64,000 nt of DNA from an uncultured Pseudomonadota bacterium (GTDB taxonomy: Bacteria; Oederibacteriota; Muellerivitia; Muellerivitales; Muellerivitaceae). Each line of letters starts with the position of its first letter. Position 1 is the stretch's first letter. Positions 1 through 8,740 of the stretch are shown here, in pieces. The notes under the pieces were generated by a model, which made no database searches, was not told where the DNA came from, and worked only from the letters and a program-made list of their open reading frames with translations. The DNA lies in the NCBI GenBank assembly GCA_963770835.1, contig CAVYRH010000019.1, forward strand, positions 128,001 through 192,000, given 5' to 3'. A program made the translations under genes and the position numbers.

Positions 1-149
1 CCGCACCCCCTTTACAGCTTTACGGGGTTTAACGGTTTTTGTTTTGGGCCTTTTCCCGGAATTTATCTTTCTTAGCGTCTTGGCGTCTCGATGATTTTTA
101 TCGCCCTCGGCCGCGCCAGCGGACAATGGGTGGCGTTGGACGTTAGTGC

Positions 150-1665
150 TTACTTTTTCCGCCTGGTTCACCGCCATCAAGACCGCCCGGGCCTTGTTGC
201 AGGATTCCAGGTATTCGCTTTCCGGCACCGAATCCGCCACCAGCCCCGCGCCAGCCTGGACATAGGCCTTTCCCTTTTGGAGGATTACCGAACGGATCGT
301 GATGGCCGAATCCATGTTCCCATCAAAGCCGAAAGCCACCACGGCCCCGCCGTAAATCCCCCGGCGTGAAGGCTCCAGTTCCTCGATGATTTCCATGGCC
401 CGGATCTTGGGCGCGCCCGAAAGGGTGCCCGCCGGGAAACAGGATTGGAAGGCGTCGTAGGCGGTTTTATTTTTTTGGAGCTTCCCCGTAACGTCCGACA
501 CGATATGCATGACGTGGGAATAGCGCTCAATGCGTTTGAAATGACCCACTTTGACGGTTCCAAAGTCACAGACCCGGCCCAGGTCGTTGCGGGCCAGGTC
601 TACCAGCATCACGTGTTCGGCCAGTTCCTTGTCGTCGGCCAAGAGGCTTTCCTCCAGCTTTTGGTCTTCCTCCGGCGTTTGGCCACGCGGCCGGCTTCCG
701 GCGATGGGCCTGGTCTCCACCACGCCCTCGTGGACCTTGATCATCATTTCCGGCGAGGACCCCACCAGGTTCACTCCCCCCACCTTCAGGATGAACATAT
801 AAGGCGATGGATTCAGCCGCCGCAAGACCCGGTAAACGGAAACAGCGTCGGCAGGAGTTTCCTTTTCGAAGCGTTGGGAGCCGACCACTTGGATGATATC
901 CCCCGCCTTGATGTATTCCTTGGATTTATCCACCATGCCCTTGAACATTTCCGGGGTCATGTTGGCCTTGAAGCCAAAGAGATCGTTGGGTCCCGGTTTT
1001 ACGCTTGCCGTAACCGGCATTTCAGAAACGCCTTTTAAGGGCTTTTCTAGCAACCCCGAGAGTTCCAAGAGCCGGTGAACAGCCTGGTCGTAGACTTTTT
1101 TGAGGTCGGTCTTTTCCTCAATAACCACATTCACCACCAGCCGCAGGGTCCTTTTCAGGTGGTCAAACAAGGCCAATTGGTCGGTCACCATCAGGTAAAG
1201 ATCGGGAAGGTTGAGGACATCGGGCTTTTGGGATGGCAGTTTCTCAAAATACCGGACGGCGTCATAACCGATAAACCCGACGAGCCCTCCCAGAAAACCC
1301 GACCCGCCGCCTTCGAGGGGCGCTTGTCGGATCGAGGAAACGTTACCTTTGATAACCGCCAAGGGATTGGAGGCTTTCAGGGTGGTTGACCGGCTCCCGT
1401 TTTGATGGGTCAAAACCCCGTCTTTTGCCTTGAAGATTCCGGAGGGCGAAAAACCCACGATGGAATAACGGGCCACCTGCTCGTTTTTTTCGACGCTCTC
1501 GAGCAAAAAGCCATTGTCGCCCTTGGCGAGCTTCAGGTAGGCCGAAAGTGGCGTTTCCAGGTCCGCCTGGAAGACGCAGGCCACCGGAACGCGATTGTAC
1601 TGCTTGGCTAAGGTTTTAAAGGATTCAAAAGATGGAACAATGTTGGAAGAATTGAAGCTTTTCAT
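150..1665 (-). pseudogene. trpE: Anthranilate synthase component I, frameshifted in this sequence (probably assembly errors)
   Basis: Manual translation gives N-terminal ...ADLETPLSAYLKL...FLLESVE... from ATG 1665 (SD AAGGGGG) and C-terminal AYVQAGAGLVADS...ESEYLESCNKARA. No continuous ORF in the track. The 3' end is approximate. Confidence 0.85.
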
Positions 1666-1800
1666 GGAAGAAACCCCCTTGGTTTTGTCCCACATCTATT
1701 TTTGAAAAAAATTGATGTTTTCTGGGACTATACCGATCTCCTTATGGTTTTATGGAAGATCGGCATGAATTTAAATCGGAACGACAGCTTTCCTGGGCTC

Positions 1801-1860
1801 TTAAGCGAGCCAAGAGAAGCGACGCCAATGATTTAAATTCGCACCAAACGAAGGTTTCAT
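1801..1860 (-). CDS. Putative Trp leader peptide, 19 aa MKPSFGANLNHWRRFSWLA
   Basis: ATG overlaps the hisI stop (ATGA); two TGG codons; lies directly upstream of trpE within a hairpin-rich leader. Confidence 0.6.
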   Translation of the reverse strand: MKPSFGANLNHWRRFSWLA

Positions 1861-2243
1861 TTGTGGCCGTAGACCTTTTCCGGGTCGAACACCTGGACTC
1901 CCACATCCTTCCAATTGTCCCCCGACAATTCATTGAAGAAACAGGAACGCTTGCCGGTGTGGCAGGCGGCTTCCCCGACTTGCTCTATTTTTACCAGAAT
2001 CGCGTCTTTGTCGCAATCGGTATAAAGAGACTGGAGTTTCTGAACATTGCCTGATTCTTCACCCTTTTTCCACAGTTTCTTGCGGCTACGGCTCCAGTAG
2101 GTCACATTGCCGGTTTTGATCGTATGTTCGAGGGATTCCCGATTGGCAAAAGCGAACATGAGGATTTCCCCGGTCTTCGCGTCCTGCGCGATGACGGGAA
2201 TCAAACCGTCTTCTTGGAACTTCAACGTATCGATCCAGCTCAT
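1857..2243 (-). CDS. hisI: Phosphoribosyl-AMP cyclohydrolase
   Basis: GLIPVIAQD, YWSRSRKKLWKKGEESG, DCDKD and ACHTGKRSCF motifs; SD AGGAGG. Confidence 0.97.
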   Translation of the reverse strand: MSWIDTLKFQEDGLIPVIAQDAKTGEILMFAFANRESLEHTIKTGNVTYWSRSRKKLWKKGEESGNVQKLQSLYTDCDKDAILVKIEQVGEAACHTGKRSCFFNELSGDNWKDVGVQVFDPEKVYGHK

Positions 2244-2269
2244 AGGTTCCTCCTAAAAATGGAGAGGGG

Positions 2270-2298
2270 ATATTACCCGAAGCTAGGTTCAGATGCAA
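2270..2298 (-). promoter_or_regulatory. Putative sigma70 promoter for hisI-trpE
   Basis: TTGCAT-17 nt-TAATAT on the minus strand just upstream of the hisI SD. Confidence 0.55.
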
Positions 2299-2304
2299 AT
2301 TTAA

Positions 2305-2859
2305 TCAATGGGTGGGACGGCGGTCGCTTTCCAAAATGGCATAAAGGTAGGAATCCCGCCAAGCGCCCTTTTGAAAGACATTTTGCCGGAGCAGGCCTTC
2401 CCTTTTCATGCCGGCTTTCTCCAACACCCGGGCGGAGGCCTTATTGGGGGGGTCACAGGTTGCCCAAATTCGGTGAAGTTTCAATTTGGAAAAGCCGAAG
2501 TCGATGATGGCCTTCGTCGCTTCCGTAGCGTAACCCTTGTCCCAATAAGAACGATGGAAAACATAACCCAAATCTCCTTCCCTAAAGATCGGGTTTTGGA
2601 TTCGGATTCCGCAACCTCCGATCAGTCGATCTTTCGATTTTAAGACAACTCCCAATTCAAATTTGGTCCTAGGTTTTTGCCGGCTTAAACTCTGGACAAG
2701 ACGAATGTAGGCCTTGGTTTGGGTGGGCGTATTCGGGCCCCAAGGCATGAATCGGACAACGACTGGATCGGAACCCCACTCATGAGCCTTCTTCAAATCC
2801 CCGGAAACAAAATCCCGTAAAATAAGGCGTTTGGTTTCAATAGGCTTGAATTTTCCCAA
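2305..2859 (-). CDS. GNAT N-acetyltransferase (RimJ/RimL family)
   Basis: IETKRLILR, YWDKGYATEA, NKASARVLEKAGMKREG. Confidence 0.92.
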   Translation of the reverse strand: MGKFKPIETKRLILRDFVSGDLKKAHEWGSDPVVVRFMPWGPNTPTQTKAYIRLVQSLSRQKPRTKFELGVVLKSKDRLIGGCGIRIQNPIFREGDLGYVFHRSYWDKGYATEATKAIIDFGFSKLKLHRIWATCDPPNKASARVLEKAGMKREGLLRQNVFQKGAWRDSYLYAILESDRRPTH

Positions 2860-2871
2860 TGGAAACTTCCT

Positions 2872-3450
2872 TTACTTTTGAACGCGGGGCCAGGAGCCCA
2901 ATGGGGGCCAGGGGTCGTTCAAAAGCCTTTCCACCAGCTTTTTGGGGTCCGACTCGAGAACAAGGGCCTCGACCAAACCCGGCTTCACAAAACCTTCCCC
3001 TTCGATGCTGGAAAGAAAATGAAAAAGGCGGTCGTAAAAGCCGTCCACGTTGAGAAACCCGATGGGCTTGGATTGGAACCCCAATTGGTTCCAGGTGATC
3101 ATTTCCATGGTTTCATCCAAGGTGCCGACCCCCCCGGGGAGGGCGATAAAGGCGTCCGCAAGTTCCGCCATTTTGGCTTTCCGCTCGTGCATACCCTTCA
3201 CAATGTGCAGTTCGCTCAAACCGGAGTGGGCCACTTCTTTGGTTTCCAAGGCTTCAGGCAGGACGCCGATGGCCCGGCCCCCCTGGGTTAAAACCGAATC
3301 CGCCAATTGTCCCATCAGGCCGATCTTGGAGCCCCCATACACCAGGGACAAACCATGGTCGGCCAGAACTTTCCCAAGCTGTTTCGCCTGCTCAGCGTAA
3401 CTGGATTTATTCCCTGGGCTGGAACCGCAATAAACGCAGATGGCCTTCAT
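2872..3450 (-). CDS. LOG family (TIGR00730) nucleotide phosphoribohydrolase
   Basis: ICVYCGS, LVYGG..GLMG, MHERK, PGGVGTLDE; start at MKAICV overlaps the upstream stop. Confidence 0.93.
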   Translation of the reverse strand: MKAICVYCGSSPGNKSSYAEQAKQLGKVLADHGLSLVYGGSKIGLMGQLADSVLTQGGRAIGVLPEALETKEVAHSGLSELHIVKGMHERKAKMAELADAFIALPGGVGTLDETMEMITWNQLGFQSKPIGFLNVDGFYDRLFHFLSSIEGEGFVKPGLVEALVLESDPKKLVERLLNDPWPPLGSWPRVQK

Positions 3451-3908
3451 AGTTTTGGGGTCTGTTTTGGCTTTTTCTTTGCGAACAGCCGCTCCAGCCC
3501 GATCACGATTGCGGTGGCCACGGAGCATCCGATGAAAAACGATCGAGCGAAGGTTTTAGGGTCTCCGGGGGGGAAAAAAATAGCGAGGGCCAGGCTCCAG
3601 GGCCAGGGGTTCGTTACCACCAGCCCCACCGAAAATCCCACGTAAGAACCCATCTTTTTCACGCCCTGGGGCATTTCCTTGATCCGCTCGAGGATGCGAT
3701 GGACGGCGTAAAAATAAATGAACCCCGCGATCAAGCCTATAACCCAAAAGGCGCCGGAACCGAACCCCGCAATCCAAATCCGGAGTTTGAAAAAACCCCA
3801 ATAAGCCTGAACGCCAAGCCATCCCAGGCCGACGAGGGCAAGCAAGTACATGGAAAGCTTGAACTTGGTGAACCGTTTTTTGGGAATGGGTTGGATGGGG
3901 TCGCTCAT
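3447..3908 (-). CDS. Hypothetical membrane protein (about 4 TM)
   Basis: 153-aa ORF with hydrophobic segments; ATGA-coupled to the LOG gene. Confidence 0.75.
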   Translation of the reverse strand: MSDPIQPIPKKRFTKFKLSMYLLALVGLGWLGVQAYWGFFKLRIWIAGFGSGAFWVIGLIAGFIYFYAVHRILERIKEMPQGVKKMGSYVGFSVGLVVTNPWPWSLALAIFFPPGDPKTFARSFFIGCSVATAIVIGLERLFAKKKPKQTPKL

Positions 3909-3922
3909 AGCGCCCTTAGTTT

Positions 3923-4007
3923 ACCGGCTGCCAAGGCCACGGGCAATGCCCGTGGGCCTAGCCGTGTACCTGGCCGTGGTCATGCCACGGCCAGGTGGCA
4001 GCTCGGT
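3923..4007. repeat. Three-way-junction palindromic element (two GC-rich hairpins in a closing stem)
   Basis: CCACGGGC/GCCCGTGG (3937-3955) and CCTGGCCGTGG/CCACGGCCAGG (3969-3995) enclosed by GCTGCCA/TGGCAGC (3927-3933, 3996-4002). Confidence 0.6.
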
Positions 4008-4020
4008 CCAATTACTCTAT

Positions 4021-4043
4021 AAAGATCCAGTTGTTTACTGGAT
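4021..4043 (-). terminator. Possible weak intrinsic terminator
   Basis: ATCCAGT/ACTGGAT stem followed by CTTT on the minus strand. Confidence 0.3.
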
Positions 4044-4103
4044 TTGATCTGGTGGTGTCGAAAGAAGAAAAGGAAGAGCTGTCCCTTGACAATAGACCCA
4101 GTT

Positions 4104-4385
4104 TCAATACTTCCCCGGTTCTCTTTCGACGATTTGAATCTCAAAGCTGAGGGTTTCCTTGTTGATGGCCGCCCGGGCGACGAAAGGATGGCCGTTTTTC
4201 CATCCCCTTTGCAAACCAGGGTTGTTTTTCATGATCTCCGCCATGAAAAAATCCAATTGCTTTTTCGCGAAAGCCTCGACGTTTTCCAGGGTTTTTTCCG
4301 AGTTGGGTTTGTTGGCGAAATGCATGACGACGTTCTTCCGGATGAGTTTTTCCATTTGGGAAAGAATATTGCTGGATTCGGGCAC
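4104..4385 (-). CDS. Small hypothetical protein (93 aa), paralog of 4394..4663
   Basis: GTG start after a G-rich SD; shares EKT, FAxKQLDFF and WxNGHP with its neighbour. Confidence 0.8.
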   Translation of the reverse strand: MPESSNILSQMEKLIRKNVVMHFANKPNSEKTLENVEAFAKKQLDFFMAEIMKNNPGLQRGWKNGHPFVARAAINKETLSFEIQIVEREPGKY

Positions 4386-4393
4386 GCCCCCCC

Positions 4394-4663
4394 CTACTCG
4401 TCGCAGGTAATCTCGACCTCGAATTTATCGGCCACAGTCGTCATCCGCAGGTGCACATGGTAGGGATGTCCATTGGCCCATTTCGCCCGCAACTCGGGCA
4501 TTTCCTTGACGATTCCATTGATGAAGAAATCCAGCTGTTTCTGGGCGAAGAATTTCACCTTATCCGGCGTCTTCTCAGCGGGCTTTAAGGGGCCGAAATA
4601 CTTGTTCACATTGTCCTGAACAAGATCCCGAAGGCGCTTGACGACATCTTTAGGGAGGCTCAT
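4394..4663 (-). CDS. Small hypothetical protein (89 aa), paralog of 4104..4385
   Basis: ATGA overlap with the hisF stop; shared motifs as above. Confidence 0.8.
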   Translation of the reverse strand: MSLPKDVVKRLRDLVQDNVNKYFGPLKPAEKTPDKVKFFAQKQLDFFINGIVKEMPELRAKWANGHPYHVHLRMTTVADKFEVEITCDE

Positions 4664-5430
4664 AGCCGCACCGGAATATTTTTGGATTTCAGGTATTCCT
4701 TGGCCTGTTTAACGGAGTATTCGCGGTAATGAAAAATGGACGCGGCCAGGACCGCATCGGCTTTTCCTTGGAGGATTCCCTCCGCCAGATGTTCCAGCTT
4801 CCCGACCCCGCCTGAGGCGATGACCGGCACCGAAACAGCCTCGGAGATGGCGCGGGTCAATTCCAGGTCGTAGCCGTTCTTCGTGCCATCCCGGTCCATA
4901 CTGGTTAAAAGGATTTCACCCGCTCCCAAATCAACCCCCTGTTTGGCCCATTCTACCGCATCCTTGCCGGTTGCCGTGCGGCCACCGTGGGTGTAAACCT
5001 CCCAACCTTTTGAGGGATCGTCGGAATTCCGGCGTTTGGCGTCGATGGCCAAAACGATGCACTGGGCCCCGAATTTTTCCGCCCCCTCTTTGAGCACTTG
5101 GGGATTTTCCACCGCCCGGGTGTTCACGGAAACCTTGTCCGCGCCGGATTTCAGGAGAGTCCGGATGTCATCGGTGGTGCGCACCCCACCACCCACGGTG
5201 AGGGGCATGAAAACCGCTTCCGCCGTTCGGGTCACCACGTCCAGGAGGATGTTTCGTTTTTCATGGGATGCGGTGATATCCAGGAAGACCAGTTCGTCGG
5301 CGCCCTCGGCATCGTATTGTTTGGCGATCTCCACCGGGTCCCCCGCGTCGCGCAGGTTCTCGAACTTGACGCCTTTGACCACCCGGCCTTCCTTGACGTC
5401 CAGACAGGGGATGATGCGCTTGGCCAGCAT
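4660..5430 (-). CDS. hisF: Imidazole glycerol phosphate synthase cyclase subunit
   Basis: [32 protein letters not shown]. Confidence 0.98.
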   Translation of the reverse strand: MLAKRIIPCLDVKEGRVVKGVKFENLRDAGDPVEIAKQYDAEGADELVFLDITASHEKRNILLDVVTRTAEAVFMPLTVGGGVRTTDDIRTLLKSGADKVSVNTRAVENPQVLKEGAEKFGAQCIVLAIDAKRRNSDDPSKGWEVYTHGGRTATGKDAVEWAKQGVDLGAGEILLTSMDRDGTKNGYDLELTRAISEAVSVPVIASGGVGKLEHLAEGILQGKADAVLAASIFHYREYSVKQAKEYLKSKNIPVRL

Positions 5431-6186
5431 TTATTTCTTCTTCCGGGCGCGGGGCTGGAGGGGTTCTTTCGCGATCTTGATGGCCTGCTTCAAGTCGATC
5501 TTCCCAGTGTAAAGCGCCTTACCGATGATGACGGAGGTGATGCCGTATTTCTCGAGCCGCTTGGCGTGCTCGATGTCTTTATAACCGGAAATCCCGCCGG
5601 AGGCGATGACGGGCACCTTCACCGCGCGAGCCAGTTCTTTGGTGCTTTTGAAATTAGGGCCTTCGAGCATGCCATCGCGTTGGATGTCGGTAAAAATGAT
5701 CTGCGCCACGCCCAGTTCCACCATTTCCTTGGCCAGGTCGATGGCGTTCACCTTGGTGACCTGCTTCCAGCCTTTGATGGCCACCATCCCCTTCTTGGCG
5801 TCGATGCCCGCGATGATGGACTTGCCGTATTCCTTCACCGCTTCCTTGACGAAATCCTTGTTCTGGACCGCCGAAGTGCCCAAGATGACGAAATCCACAC
5901 CGATGGAAAGGACCTTCTCGATGGTCTTGAGGTCGCGGATGCCGCCCCCCACCTGCACTTTCAGGTCCGTGGCCTTGATGATTTCTTTCACGTAGTCTAG
6001 ATTAGCCAGTTTCCCGGAAAAGGCCCCGTCCAGGTCGATAACATGCAGGCGTTTGGCGCCCTTGAGCTTCCAGAGTTTGGCAACCGAGACGGGCTCTTGG
6101 GAATAAACGGTTTCGTCCCGCAGGTCGCCTTGCACCAGCCGCACACAGCGGCCCTTGCGAATATCAATCGCTGGAATGACGTACAT
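5431..6186 (-). CDS. hisA: ProFAR isomerase
   Basis: [38 protein letters not shown]. Confidence 0.97.
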   Translation of the reverse strand: MYVIPAIDIRKGRCVRLVQGDLRDETVYSQEPVSVAKLWKLKGAKRLHVIDLDGAFSGKLANLDYVKEIIKATDLKVQVGGGIRDLKTIEKVLSIGVDFVILGTSAVQNKDFVKEAVKEYGKSIIAGIDAKKGMVAIKGWKQVTKVNAIDLAKEMVELGVAQIIFTDIQRDGMLEGPNFKSTKELARAVKVPVIASGGISGYKDIEHAKRLEKYGITSVIIGKALYTGKIDLKQAIKIAKEPLQPRARKKK

Positions 6187-6219
6187 ATAAATCCTTACGG
6201 TTCTTGGTGCACCTGGTGG

Positions 6220-6834
6220 TTAATTGCCTTGGACCAGGTTTTTGAAATTCTCATAAATCTTCAAACCGACCGTCTGGCTCTTTTCGGGGTGGAACTGGGT
6301 TCCAAACACGTTCTTTTCCCAAACCATACAGGTGAAATCCACCCCATAGGAGCTTTGGGCTGCGATGATCCCCGGATTTTCCGGCGCCACGTAATAGGAG
6401 TGGACGAAATACAGGTAGTCGCCATCCTTCAGCCCTTTGAGTAGGGGGTTGTTGCTTTTCTTGATTTGGATCTGGTTCCAGCCCATATGGGGCACCTTTT
6501 GGCCCTGGGCGAACTTCACCACCCGGCCCGGAAAAATCCCCAGGCCCTTGGAAAGGCCGAATTCCTCGCTTTCGGCGAAAAGCATCTGGAGCCCAACGCA
6601 GACGCCCAGGAACGGCTTGCCCGAGGCGATATAGGCCTTGATAGCCTTTGCCAGTTCCGACCGGTGCATGGCGTCCATGGAATCCTTGAAGGCACCGACG
6701 CCCGGCAGCACCACGCCGTCGGACTTTTCCACGTCGTGCCAGTCCGAGGTCACGCGGGTCTTGGCCCCGACCTTTTCCAAGGCCTTGGCCACGCTGTGCA
6801 GGTTGCCCACTCCATAATCAACGACCGAAATCAT
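6220..6834 (-). CDS. hisH: Imidazole glycerol phosphate synthase glutaminase subunit
   Basis: VDYGVGNL, LPGVGAF, GVCVGLQ, YFVHSY, QFHPEKS. Confidence 0.97.
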   Translation of the reverse strand: MISVVDYGVGNLHSVAKALEKVGAKTRVTSDWHDVEKSDGVVLPGVGAFKDSMDAMHRSELAKAIKAYIASGKPFLGVCVGLQMLFAESEEFGLSKGLGIFPGRVVKFAQGQKVPHMGWNQIQIKKSNNPLLKGLKDGDYLYFVHSYYVAPENPGIIAAQSSYGVDFTCMVWEKNVFGTQFHPEKSQTVGLKIYENFKNLVQGN

Positions 6835-6851
6835 AAAATCTCCAGGTTCGA

Positions 6852-6942
6852 GCACCAAGACCACCAAGAAAGACAAAGATTTTCCAAACCTAAATCTTCG
6901 GATTTTGAAGTTCTTGGTGTACTTGGTGACCTTGGTGGTTAA
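6852..6942. repeat. Inverted element with tandem ~9-mer arms (CACCAAG family)
   Basis: Left arm GCACCAAGACCACCAAGAA; right arm TTCTTGGTGTACTTGGTGACCTTGGTGGTT. A partial arm also lies at 6201-6222. Confidence 0.8.
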
Positions 6943-6954
6943 TAGCCTTATTGT

Positions 6955-7548
6955 TTAAAGATTTCCCTTAGTGGAAGGGACACCCTTCACCTTTGAATCG
7001 TAGGCTACCGCCATTTTCAGGGCCCTTGCGAAACTCTTGAAAGCCGCTTCGGTCACGTGATGGCTATTGCGACCGTGGATCTTCTCCAGGTGCAGGTTGA
7101 ACTTGCCGTTGTCCACCACCGCCCGAAAGAAGTCCTCCATCAATTCGGTGTCGAAATTGCCGATCCGTTTCTTGGTGGGCAGGTCCAGGGCGAAGTTGAT
7201 GTAGTTGCGCCCGCTCAAGTCCACAACCGCCCGCACCAGGGCTTCGTCCAGGGGCACGAAGAAAAACCCAAATCGGGTAATTCCCTTCTTGTCCCCCAAG
7301 GCTTTTTCCAGGGCCATTCCCAGGCAGATGCCGATGTCTTCCACCGTGTGGTGGTCGTCGATGTGGGTGTCACCCTTGGCGATCACTTTCAGGTCGAAAC
7401 CGCTGTGTTTGCTGAAGGCTTCCAGCATGTGGTTTAAGAAGGGCACAGGGCTTTTCACCTGGTGCGAACCCGTGCCGTCCAGGTTCAAGGTCAATTCGAT
7501 CTGGGTTTCTTTGGTCTTGCGGTTGATGATTGCGGCGCGCTTGCCCAT
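6955..7548 (-). CDS. hisB: Imidazoleglycerol-phosphate dehydratase
   Basis: RKTKET, GDTHIDDHHTVED, NSHHVTEAAFK, VPSTKG. Confidence 0.97.
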   Translation of the reverse strand: MGKRAAIINRKTKETQIELTLNLDGTGSHQVKSPVPFLNHMLEAFSKHSGFDLKVIAKGDTHIDDHHTVEDIGICLGMALEKALGDKKGITRFGFFFVPLDEALVRAVVDLSGRNYINFALDLPTKKRIGNFDTELMEDFFRAVVDNGKFNLHLEKIHGRNSHHVTEAAFKSFARALKMAVAYDSKVKGVPSTKGNL

Positions 7549-7562
7549 GGCCGACTCTCCCG

Positions 7563-8627
7563 TTAAAGAAGCTTTTGAAGCTCCGTTAAAAACCGGTCGT
7601 TTTCTTCCGGCTTTCCCACCGTGATTCTCAAGGAATCCTTCAGCCTCGGATGGGGAAAGTATCTTACCAAAACACGCTTCTTTTTGAGATTTTTATAAAG
7701 GCTTTCCGCACCGGGTTTTCCCCGGCGGCTGGCGAGAATGAAGTTGGCTTGGCTGTCGGGAACATCGAAGCCGAGGTTGCGGAGTTCTTCGGCAAGGCTA
7801 TTGCGGTCAAGCCTTATGGTTTGAACCTTCTTGCGCATGTCCGTCAATCCGGCGGGTGTTAATGCCGCAACCCCGACGGCCTGGGTCATGCGGTTGACGT
7901 TATAGGAATCCTTCACTTTCATCAGTTCGGCGATGACCTGGGGATGGCCGAAGACAAAGCCCAACCGGACCCCGGCCAGCGAGAAGGATTTGGACATGGT
8001 GCGAAGGATCAACACATTGGCGTGCAGCCGGGCCAAATCCAGGCAATTCTGATCGGAGAAATCCACATAAGCCTCATCAATCAAAACCAATCCCTTGGTT
8101 CTTCGAATAAAAACCTGCATCTTGGCCTTATCGAAACAATTTCCCACCGGGGGATTGGGGTAACCCCAGAGTGTCAACCGGGCATTCAGTGAAAATTGAT
8201 CAAAATCCAGGTCAAACCCATCATCCAGCTTGGCTTCTTTCACCTTGGCCTCGCGGATGGCGGCCAGCACGGGATAGAGGCTATAAGTCAAATCGGGATA
8301 TTGGACCAGGTCGCCTTTCCCAACCGAAGCATGGAAAAGAAGGGAAAGGATTTCGTCTGACCCATTTCCTACCAGGATCCCCTCTACCGGCCAGCGGAAA
8401 ACTTCGGATAGGCGTTCCCGAAGGGTGTCCGCAGTAGGCTCCGGATAAAGGCGCAGGCGGGGATCGGCTTGGCCCCGCAGGGCTTTTAAAACCGCTTCTG
8501 AGGGGGGATAGGGATTCTCATTGGTATTGAGCTTGATAGTGGTGGGGTCTTTGGGCTGTTCCCCGGGCGTGTAGCCTTTCATCTTCAGTACCGCAGGGCG
8601 AAACCAGTTTTTAAGTTTTGGATTCAT
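7563..8627 (-). CDS. hisC: Histidinol-phosphate aminotransferase
   Basis: YTPGEQP, KLNTNENPY, GNGSDE, IDEAYVDF, RTMSKSFSLAGVRLG. Confidence 0.96.
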   Translation of the reverse strand: MNPKLKNWFRPAVLKMKGYTPGEQPKDPTTIKLNTNENPYPPSEAVLKALRGQADPRLRLYPEPTADTLRERLSEVFRWPVEGILVGNGSDEILSLLFHASVGKGDLVQYPDLTYSLYPVLAAIREAKVKEAKLDDGFDLDFDQFSLNARLTLWGYPNPPVGNCFDKAKMQVFIRRTKGLVLIDEAYVDFSDQNCLDLARLHANVLILRTMSKSFSLAGVRLGFVFGHPQVIAELMKVKDSYNVNRMTQAVGVAALTPAGLTDMRKKVQTIRLDRNSLAEELRNLGFDVPDSQANFILASRRGKPGAESLYKNLKKKRVLVRYFPHPRLKDSLRITVGKPEENDRFLTELQKLL

Positions 8628-8650
8628 TGAATACCTTGAATTTAAAAAGC

Positions 8651-8704
8651 TGTCATTGCGAGGAATGCTCACCGAATGGTGGGCGCCTATGACGAAGCAA
8701 CCTC
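8651..8704. repeat. Single arm of a GTCATTGCGAGG...GACGAAGCAA palindromic repeat
   Basis: TGTCATTGCGAGG...GACGAAGCAACCTC between hisD and hisC; resembles repeats I associate with small GIY-YIG genes. Confidence 0.55.
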
Positions 8705-8740
8705 AGTTCAAATACGCCTTTTACCAATCTGATAGCACTA

